Shown: in pieces, positions 36,881-44,740 of the stretch | Position numbering within the stretch: the first letter of the stretch is position 1 | Layout of the letters: each line of letters starts with the position of its first letter | Origin: Alphaproteobacteria bacterium | GTDB lineage: Bacteria; Pseudomonadota; Alphaproteobacteria; UBA9219; RGZA01 | Reading direction: 5' to 3' | Length of the DNA: 64,000 nucleotides | Assembly (NCBI GenBank): GCA_021732145.1 | Contig: JAKFVN010000016.1 | Coordinates: 8,457-72,456 of the forward strand | Position numbers and translations under genes: made by a program | Notes under the pieces: model-generated | The model's database searches: none | What the model saw: the letters and a program-made list of their open reading frames with translations, nothing else | Told to the model about the DNA's origin: nothing

Positions 36881-37387
36881 TTAATCCAGAGTAATCGTTG
36901 GGCAGCTGCCGGCGTTACCAGCGCGACGGCTAACAACGCTACGCGGAATTGTACCGCCAGCTGTTGTGTTTCCGCCTGATACAACGATGCATTCACGGCC
37001 GTTAAAAAATTGACCGCGTTGACGGAATCTCAGTCTTGGATGTGCATCGTAAGAGTCAACTTTCTGGTAGTGTGGGCCAGCTTGCTTGGTGCCATTACCT
37101 TGGTGTGGATTTTGACCCCAACCTACATCGTTGAAATCACGTTGGGTACGTGCACCTGGAACACGCTGGAAATGATTGCGGCTAAGGCAGCGGTTGGTGC
37201 CATCTGGGCAAGCTTGTGCAAGCTGCACCATTTCGCTGCGTGAAAGCGTTACGGTTGTTGCCTTGCCGGATGGGCCAAATGCTTCGATAATTGGCTGGTC
37301 GCGGTCTACTGCGCCGCGTGCAAAACCAAGAATGTTATTAAAAACTGCATTTCCATCAACTGAAACATTATCAAGTGTTACTGCCAT
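36881..37387 (-). CDS. Hypothetical protein (168 aa, 4 Cys, no signal peptide seen)
   Basis: Clean ORF with its own terminator, located between the two Cys-rich giants. I recognise no domain. Confidence 0.5.
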   Translation of the reverse strand: MAVTLDNVSVDGNAVFNNILGFARGAVDRDQPIIEAFGPSGKATTVTLSRSEMVQLAQACPDGTNRCLSRNHFQRVPGARTQRDFNDVGWGQNPHQGNGTKQAGPHYQKVDSYDAHPRLRFRQRGQFFNGRECIVVSGGNTTAGGTIPRSVVSRRAGNAGSCPTITLD

Positions 37388-37570
37388 TGTAATCTCCTAA
37401 AAAAATTTACAAAACTTCGTAGCTAATTCCGTGCGCCTCTTATAATCCTCGGCAATATGTGCAACAAGCATGATTATACTTTCATCTGTTTTTTTCAGAA
37501 TTTTCTGCCGCGCGCTTTAATATTGATTAACAAGGACGCAGGTTTGTGGGATGCGCACTTGTGAAAGCTA

Positions 37571-37600
37571 CAAAAAACCCCGGCATTTCTACCGGGGTTT
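37571..37600 (-). terminator. Rho-independent terminator of the 1366-aa Cys-rich gene
   Basis: CCCCGG-CATTTCTA-CCGGGG (37578-37597). On the minus strand it is followed by TTTTTTG. Confidence 0.75.
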
Positions 37601-37619
37601 TTGAATTTGTCTGGTCTAA

Positions 37620-40600
37620 CTAGCCGCCGCCATCGCCGCCGCCGTCACCGCCGCCGCCATCTCCTCCGCCGTCGCCGCCACCATCACCACCGCCGCCGTC
37701 ACCACCGCCGCCATCGCCACCTACCACGATAAAGGTGCAGCTATTGCCAATGGTTTCTTCGTTAATCAGACCCGATGGGCAAACGCGCACATTGCGCTTG
37801 GTGATGATACCCATATATCCGGGCTGGCATGCCGCGGTGAAGGTATCGCCCACTTGGCCTGGGTTACAGCTGATAATCGGCGTGCAGGTATTGCTTACCG
37901 TTTCTTCGGTAATCGTGCCAGACGGGCAGGAACGCACATTCCGCTTGGTGATTACGCCGGCATACCCTTGCTGGCAGGGCGCGGTGAAGGTATCACCCAC
38001 CTGGCCCGGGGTACAGGCGTTCACGCACGTGTTGCTGATTTCTTCTTCCACTTCATTGCCGGATGGGCATTGGCGCACACGGTGCAATGTGATGATGCCG
38101 GTTTGGCCAGTGGGGCATGCACGTGTGTATGGCTCGCACGTCGCGCCGGGAACGCAGGTGGCACGGCACTGGTTGTCCGTGGTTACCGTGGTGCGGCCAG
38201 CGCCATTATTACTGCCATCGCAGACATGCGCGGTGGTGGTACGAACATAGCCTGACTGACCTTGCGGGCATGCCGCATCGGTATAGTTCGATGACGGCGT
38301 GCAATTCACGGTGCATCGGTTGTCGGTCGTAACAATGTCACGGCCCGCGCCATTGTTCGAACCATCGCAGACATGGCGGGTACGAGTGCGAATAACTCCC
38401 GATTGACCGGATGGGCATGCGCTTTCCACCACATCGTTCGATGGGGTGCATGCCTCATGGCAGGCTGGGCCAGTTACCGTCACGACATCACGGCCCGCGC
38501 CATTATTTGAACCATCGCAGACGCGCTCCGTGCGCGTGGTGCGACCGCCAATTTGACCCACGGGACAGTTTTCAAGCACCGCCGTTGCGCCCGGCGTGCA
38601 AACGACGCGACACGCTTCGCCAGTTACCGTCACGACATCGCGGCCCGCGCCATTATTTGAACCATCGCATACGCGTTCCGTGCGCGTGGTGCGACCGCCT
38701 GTTGAACCCGGTGCGCAATCTTCGATCATGACTGAAGTGTTTGGCGTGCACGCCGTGCGGCAGTGATTTTTTTCCGTGACTACATCGCGGCCCGCGCCGT
38801 TATTCGAACCATCGCAGACACGGCTGGTCTTCACGGTGATTTCGCCGGTTTGGCCGGTTGGGCATGCGCGGGAAGTGGTTGTTACCGCTGGCGTGCAAGC
38901 GGAGCGGCATTGATTATCCGTTGTAATCACATCACGGCCTGCGCCGTTATTGCTGCCATCGCACACGCGGGTGGTGGTGGTGCGAACAACCCCGGTCTGG
39001 CCCGATGGGCATTGCGCATCCGACGTGGTGCTGCCCGCAACGCAAGCGGAGGTGCAGGTGTTGCTTAGTTCGCGGATTTCAATGTCTCCCGATGGGCACA
39101 CGCGGAAGTTCTGACGCGTAATCACGCCGGTCTGGCCGGTCGGGCATGGCGATGTGTAGGGGTTGCAGACAGCGCCCGGCGTGCAGGATGTGGCACATTG
39201 GTTGGTGGTTGTCACCACGGTGCGTCCCGCGCCGCTATTGCTGCCATCGCACAGATGCTGGCGGCGCGTCACGATTTGCCCGGTCTGGCCCGATGGGCAA
39301 GCCGAGCTCGTCGATGTATCCGACGGCGTGCAGGTGGTTATCGGGCGGCAATAGCTTTCGCGGGTGACAATGTCGCGTTCGCCGCCATCAAACCACTTCA
39401 GCAAGGCGTTGTTGCCGGCATCGTACTCATTATCACAGCCTTCCCAGCCGCGCAGCCCCATGCGGCTATGGCATACATGCGTGGTGATGACCTTGATGTA
39501 CCCTTCCTGACCGGCCGGGCAAGCTTCCTGCGTCACGTTGCGTGAAGGCACGCACCCTGAACCGCCGCTGCATGTGTTTTGCGTGGTGGTGACAATGCGG
39601 CCCGCGCCGTTATTGCTGCCATCGCAGACACGGGTGTTGATGGTGGTGATCTGGCCTGTCTTGCCAGCGCCGCAATCCACCGCTGAACGGCTTACCTCGC
39701 CAGGGACGCATCCCGTTGTCGCAGTGCAGCCATTGCTGACCACTTCCTCGGAAATCACACCCGATGGGCATGCACGCACATTGCGCTTGGTAATCGTGCC
39801 TGTCTGGCCCGACGGGCAAGCGGCGGTGAAAGTCTGGCCCACCTGGCCCGGCACGCATGCTTGCACCGTGCAGGTGTTGGAAACCTCAACGTCGGAAATC
39901 ACGCCCGATGGACATGCGCGAACATGCTTCTTGGTAATCACACCGCTTTGGCCTGATGGGCATTCCAGCGCATAGGTATCCCCCACCTGCCCGGCAACAC
40001 AAGCCTGGCTGCACGTGTTGGAAACCTCTTCCTCGGTAATCACACCTGATGGGCATGCGCGAATGCGCTTCTTGGTGATGAGGCCGCTTTGACCATTCGG
40101 GCACGTCACCGCAAAGGTCTGGCCCACTTGGCCAGCACGGCATCCCGGAACGCAGGTATCGCTTACGACTTCAACAACCGTTGTGCCTGCCGGGCATTGA
40201 CGCACATTGCGCTTGGTGATGAGGCCTGTTTTGCCGACGGGGCATTCTTGGGTGAACGTGTCGCCATAGGGGCCAGGCACGCATGGCGCAGCTGCGCAGG
40301 TTTTTGTCACATCGGTTTCAGATGTGGTGCAGGAACAAAAGCCCCAAGGCTGAATGGTATCGCCCGATGGCATTGCCTGAACGCAGGTCTTGGTTTGGCG
40401 CACAGTCCACGTTCCCGTCTGACCCGTTGGGCATGTCTTGCTCACATTGCCCAAATCGGTGGTTGGCGGGCACACGCAGGTATTGGAAACCAGCGTCTTG
40501 GTAATCACGCCGTTTGCACTGCTGCCATCCGGGCAGGTGCGCATGTTTTTGTAAACCGCAGTACCGGTGAAATTTTCACCGCAGCTTTCGGTGAAGGTAT

Positions 40601-41720
40601 CACCCACTTGGCCAGGCGTGCAGGTAACAGCAACGCATTGGCTGGTATCGTCGGTAACAACATCACGGCCAGCGCCATTATTTGAACCATCGCAGACGCG
40701 CGCAGTGGTGCGCGTGATAGTGCCAGTAAAGCCGGTCGCGCACGCAACGGTGGTTGTGCTTGATGATGGCGTGCAGGTGACGGGCGCACGGCATGTATCG
40801 ATCACAACTTGCGATGTGACATTGCCCGACGGGCAATTCTTGGTGTTCAAAACACCAACCGTGCCAACCCATGTGGCGGGATGGTCATTTTGCGAGCAGG
40901 TGCGCGTTGACGCGGTGACCGTTTCAACGCAGGTGTTTGGATCAATCGATGTCCAGTTGCTGCTACGGCATTGCATCCTGAATTCGGTGAATGCGATATC
41001 GCCGATTTCGCCATTAATCACGCCAACGGTGCCGCCGATAATGTCGGTGGTGCGCGCCGTCGTATCCGCGCCGGTGCCGCGCGGCGCAACGCCCATGCAC
41101 TGCCAGCGCGCGAGATAGGTTTCGCTGACGCGCGCGCCAGCCGGGAATGTTGAGCCAATATCATCGCGTTCAACCGGGAACAGGGTAATTGGGTAATCGG
41201 GGTCTTCGGTATTGCCAGTTTCAAGCACGATGGCTGAAGCCGGTGCCTGGCTGACAGGGCGCGCGATATAGGTGGTGGAGCTGGTGGATGCAACCAAGCC
41301 CTGCAAATTCCAACGGCCATGATTACAGCTATCGGCTGGCTTTGGAATATCTGAAACGCGCATCACGCGCGGCACGCAGCATTGCGCAACATTGGTGCCG
41401 GTTGGATGGTTGGCAATGAATGCGTTCCATTCGGTCGAGGTGTTAAATGGAACGAAGATGGATGCGGTGATGCCGCGCGCATCCACATAACGGCATACAT
41501 TATTGATGTTAATCGGCGTGCCGCTCAGGATATTGGTCGATTGCAAGCGCGCGGAATTGAAACCGGCATTGGGCAGGAAATTATTTCCGCCGCCCACGGG
41601 ACAGGTGGCATCAGCTCCCCCAATTGTTGCCTCATCAAGCGTGCAGGTCGCGGCATAGGATACATGCGGCATGCAAAGGAACAGGAACGCAACGAGCAAA
41701 GCTAGAACAGATTTACGCAT
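37620..41720 (-). CDS. Giant secreted Cys-rich modular protein (~1366 aa from ATG 41720) with C-terminal (GGG[G]D)n tail
   Basis: Signal peptide MRKSVLALLVAFLFLCMPHVSYA|ATC (the track ORF starts 20 codons upstream at 41780). The N-terminal domain is homologous to the 775-aa paralog. It is followed by 20 consecutive four-Cys modules (10 with CDGSNNGAGR, 9 with GQVGDTFT..ITKRNVR.CPSG..SNTC, 1 linker module). I count ~98 Cys. The 33-aa Gly/Asp tail ends ...GGDGGG*. Confidence 0.85.
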   Translation of the reverse strand: MRKSVLALLVAFLFLCMPHVSYAATCTLDEATIGGADATCPVGGGNNFLPNAGFNSARLQSTNILSGTPININNVCRYVDARGITASIFVPFNTSTEWNAFIANHPTGTNVAQCCVPRVMRVSDIPKPADSCNHGRWNLQGLVASTSSTTYIARPVSQAPASAIVLETGNTEDPDYPITLFPVERDDIGSTFPAGARVSETYLARWQCMGVAPRGTGADTTARTTDIIGGTVGVINGEIGDIAFTEFRMQCRSSNWTSIDPNTCVETVTASTRTCSQNDHPATWVGTVGVLNTKNCPSGNVTSQVVIDTCRAPVTCTPSSSTTTVACATGFTGTITRTTARVCDGSNNGAGRDVVTDDTSQCVAVTCTPGQVGDTFTESCGENFTGTAVYKNMRTCPDGSSANGVITKTLVSNTCVCPPTTDLGNVSKTCPTGQTGTWTVRQTKTCVQAMPSGDTIQPWGFCSCTTSETDVTKTCAAAPCVPGPYGDTFTQECPVGKTGLITKRNVRQCPAGTTVVEVVSDTCVPGCRAGQVGQTFAVTCPNGQSGLITKKRIRACPSGVITEEEVSNTCSQACVAGQVGDTYALECPSGQSGVITKKHVRACPSGVISDVEVSNTCTVQACVPGQVGQTFTAACPSGQTGTITKRNVRACPSGVISEEVVSNGCTATTGCVPGEVSRSAVDCGAGKTGQITTINTRVCDGSNNGAGRIVTTTQNTCSGGSGCVPSRNVTQEACPAGQEGYIKVITTHVCHSRMGLRGWEGCDNEYDAGNNALLKWFDGGERDIVTRESYCRPITTCTPSDTSTSSACPSGQTGQIVTRRQHLCDGSNSGAGRTVVTTTNQCATSCTPGAVCNPYTSPCPTGQTGVITRQNFRVCPSGDIEIRELSNTCTSACVAGSTTSDAQCPSGQTGVVRTTTTRVCDGSNNGAGRDVITTDNQCRSACTPAVTTTSRACPTGQTGEITVKTSRVCDGSNNGAGRDVVTEKNHCRTACTPNTSVMIEDCAPGSTGGRTTRTERVCDGSNNGAGRDVVTVTGEACRVVCTPGATAVLENCPVGQIGGRTTRTERVCDGSNNGAGRDVVTVTGPACHEACTPSNDVVESACPSGQSGVIRTRTRHVCDGSNNGAGRDIVTTDNRCTVNCTPSSNYTDAACPQGQSGYVRTTTAHVCDGSNNGAGRTTVTTDNQCRATCVPGATCEPYTRACPTGQTGIITLHRVRQCPSGNEVEEEISNTCVNACTPGQVGDTFTAPCQQGYAGVITKRNVRSCPSGTITEETVSNTCTPIISCNPGQVGDTFTAACQPGYMGIITKRNVRVCPSGLINEETIGNSCTFIVVGGDGGGGDGGGGDGGGDGGGDGGGGDGGGDGGG

Positions 41721-41933
41721 CTGGTATGCCTTCTGAAAAAAATTGAGCAAAAATGAATGAATGGTTAAGGAGAGGCTCAATCTATTTTTATGGCGTTATA
41801 ATGGCAAGGTCTTTTTATTGGCGTATCGTAACAATCATTAAAATGCTCTTTGATATTGGGAAAACCAATCGGTCTGTTGATTCGCGATTAGCTGTTCATG
41901 GATTTTCCACGCCGCGCCTAAGCTCACACCTAT

Positions 41934-42422
41934 ATGAGTATTGATTCTACCCATTTTCGCGAAGCACTCGGCTCCCTTCCCGCAGGCGTGTCGGTGATTA
42001 CCGCGCACTATAAAGGTGAGGCGATTGGCATCACGGTCAGTTCCTTCACCTCGCTCTCGCTGCATCCGCCGCTGATTTTATTCTGTCTTGATTTGAAGTC
42101 GAAAAACCGCGGCGCATTCAGGCCGCGCAAAAAATTCGGCGTGAACATTTTGAATGATGGGCAGAAAAACCTCGCTTCGCTGTTTGCGGCTGCCGGAAGA
42201 AAAAATTGGGAACATGCGCCGCACATCGAGGCCAAGCACGGCGTGCGCATACTCAAGAATGCAGTTGCCGCGCTTTCCTGCACCGTTACCAAAAATGTCA
42301 AAAGCGGTGACCATGTGATTATCATCGCCAGGGTCGATGCGTTAAGCGCAATTGATAAGCAAGCAAAGCCATTGCTGCATTGGCGCAGGCATTATCATAA
42401 AATTGGTGCTATTACGGAGTAA
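41934..42422 (+). CDS. Flavin reductase-like FMN-binding protein (HpaC/NADH:flavin oxidoreductase family)
   Basis: FREALGSLPAGVSVITA...GITVSSFTSLSLHPPLILFCL...GDHVIIIARV pattern; 162 aa. Confidence 0.8.
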   Translation: MSIDSTHFREALGSLPAGVSVITAHYKGEAIGITVSSFTSLSLHPPLILFCLDLKSKNRGAFRPRKKFGVNILNDGQKNLASLFAAAGRKNWEHAPHIEAKHGVRILKNAVAALSCTVTKNVKSGDHVIIIARVDALSAIDKQAKPLLHWRRHYHKIGAITE

Positions 42423-44739
42423 GGCTTAATAGCTTCGCGCCGGATTTTTTTAGCACTTCTTCATCACCCGTCAGCGTGATGAACTCGCCCTTATTCCATG
42501 CGCCACGTAAATCGCCATAATGCCTTGCGAAAACCTGCCCGCTTTCGCCGCCCGCAATCATGAACAGGGATTTCGCTGGCTGCGCCACATCATACACGCC
42601 GCGATAGCCCGCGCCATGCTGCACATCAAACGGATGCGCGTAATTCCCGGGCGCGGCGCGGCGCAGCGTCCATCCATCGCCATCCGTTTCAACTTTCAAT
42701 GATGTGATGTCGCCAATCAACGGCACATGCGACCATAGCGGATGTTTGAGCGGTGCCTTATGCTCGTCGCCCCAGCGCCATGCCCACCATTTGCTGCCAT
42801 GACGCTTTGTCAAATCATTAATCGCGGCTTCAAACGCCGCGCGGTTCTGCGCTGGCATAATCGTTTGTTGTTCCAATGACCACATGCGCGGCCACATCGT
42901 GTCATCGGTATAATTTGCGCCGTACACATTGCTCATCAACGCATCCAGCCATGCATGATAAATCAATGGCTCGGGGCTATTACGCTCCATGCTGCCATCC
43001 CATTTGTTAAGCGCGGCGATGATTTGCTTTTCGGTTTCATTCTGCCCTTCCAACTCGCGCAGCAATACGGGAAGGAAACGCACAGTAGCTTGCGATGTAA
43101 TATCCAGCATTGCACCGCTGGCATCAATCACATCAAACTTGGGCCCATTATTTTTTATCTGCGCATTCAGCTTTTCATCAAACCATTTTTCCAAGCGCAT
43201 GGCGCGATATGGTTCGGCCCAATCACGCGAAAACGCGCAGGTAAATTGCCCACATGCTTTATCACTAATCATCGCTTGGTTGGCGGTCATGATGATGCCG
43301 CCCGCCGGGTCTTTCAAACGCGGTGTTTGCGCATAGCTGCCCTGCCAGAATTTATTGGTGCTTGCCAAAAAGCCGTCACCGTTTCTGCGCGGCACAGTGC
43401 CAACGGCGACATAACCTGTGCGGCCTTGCCTGTCGGCATAGACCAGATTTTGCGGCGGCACCGAATAATCTTTGAGCGCGCTTTCAATTCCAGCAGCGTT
43501 CATCGCAATGTTGATATTGTAAAGCGCCTGCGCCGTGCGGTCGTCTTTATTGAGCGCGGTAAATTGCAGCAGCGCTTTTTTGTTCGGCGGCGTAATCGCG
43601 CTAATGGCTGGCACAATTCCGCTTAAGACCACGCCTTGCTCATTTTCTTCCACCAGCATTTTGATATCTGGCGCATCTTTGACATGGATGGTTTCAGGGC
43701 GCAGACGCAGGTTTTTTGCGGCGGCATCAATAAAGGTGATATCCTGCACATCAATGTTGGATGTCGTGAAACCCCACGCCACTTTGCCATTCTGGCCAAG
43801 CGGGAAGAACGGAATGCCCGGCGCGGTCGCGCCCTTTAATTCCAGTTCCGGCGTGATGATGCGCGCAAGGTACCACAGAATGGGCGACTGCAATTGCAGA
43901 TGCGGGTCATTCGCCAAAATCGGCGTGCTGGTTTTGGTATGCGCGCCGGCAATCACATACGCATTCGATGCCGTATGCGGCACGCGTTCAAACGCATCCG
44001 CCAGACCTGGCAATGCGGATGCATTTGGCAATCCGGCGGGAAGTTTCACTGCTGCTCTTGGCACATGCGGTTTTTTTTGTTTTATCCATTCAAATGGCCT
44101 CACTGTCGTTGGCACATTTTTATCCATCGCGGGATACAGCACGTTGATTTGTTCCAGCGTCCAGCCCTTTTGCAATAACTGCTCACGCAAGATTTCATCT
44201 TCAACATTGCCGCTTAATTGCCACGCCATCATCTTCGCCCAAATCAGGCCGTCCCATGCATTCCACGCAGCAGGCTTAAAGCCCAGTAATGCGAATTCGG
44301 CAGGGTATTTTTCTTTTTGTAAGTAAGCATTCACGCCGCGCGCATAGGCATCCATCGCGCCGCGTGTTTCAGCCGACAACCCTTTGTAATAATTTTTGAC
44401 CTGCGCATAAAACCCAAGCGCGCGCATTTTCTTATCGTAATTGATTAAATCGCTGCCAAGAATTTCCGATAACCGCCCGCTTCCCGCGCGGCGCATCATT
44501 TCCATCTGGAACAAACGGTCACTGGCATGGAGATAACCCAATGCCGCATAGCCGTCATTTAATGTGTTGGCAAAAATATGCGGCACACCATGCGCATCAC
44601 GGTAGATGCGCGTTTCGACCATTACCGCATCGGTCTTTTGCGTGCCTGTCAGCGGGCAAGTTAAACAGATAAACCAGCAGGCAAGCGCGGCAACTGCCAA
44701 ACCAAAAAGCGCAACGACACCTAAAATGATTTTCTTCAT
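42412..44739 (-). CDS. Penicillin acylase family Ntn-hydrolase (possible acyl-homoserine-lactone acylase)
   Basis: N-terminal anchor/signal, IYRDAHGVPHIFANTLNDGYAALGYLHASDRLFQMEMMRR, and SNAYVIAG (the Ser nucleophile of the beta chain lies in the ASN context); 775 aa. Confidence 0.85.
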   Translation of the reverse strand: MKKIILGVVALFGLAVAALACWFICLTCPLTGTQKTDAVMVETRIYRDAHGVPHIFANTLNDGYAALGYLHASDRLFQMEMMRRAGSGRLSEILGSDLINYDKKMRALGFYAQVKNYYKGLSAETRGAMDAYARGVNAYLQKEKYPAEFALLGFKPAAWNAWDGLIWAKMMAWQLSGNVEDEILREQLLQKGWTLEQINVLYPAMDKNVPTTVRPFEWIKQKKPHVPRAAVKLPAGLPNASALPGLADAFERVPHTASNAYVIAGAHTKTSTPILANDPHLQLQSPILWYLARIITPELELKGATAPGIPFFPLGQNGKVAWGFTTSNIDVQDITFIDAAAKNLRLRPETIHVKDAPDIKMLVEENEQGVVLSGIVPAISAITPPNKKALLQFTALNKDDRTAQALYNINIAMNAAGIESALKDYSVPPQNLVYADRQGRTGYVAVGTVPRRNGDGFLASTNKFWQGSYAQTPRLKDPAGGIIMTANQAMISDKACGQFTCAFSRDWAEPYRAMRLEKWFDEKLNAQIKNNGPKFDVIDASGAMLDITSQATVRFLPVLLRELEGQNETEKQIIAALNKWDGSMERNSPEPLIYHAWLDALMSNVYGANYTDDTMWPRMWSLEQQTIMPAQNRAAFEAAINDLTKRHGSKWWAWRWGDEHKAPLKHPLWSHVPLIGDITSLKVETDGDGWTLRRAAPGNYAHPFDVQHGAGYRGVYDVAQPAKSLFMIAGGESGQVFARHYGDLRGAWNKGEFITLTGDEEVLKKSGAKLLSLTP

Positions 44740-44740
44740 G

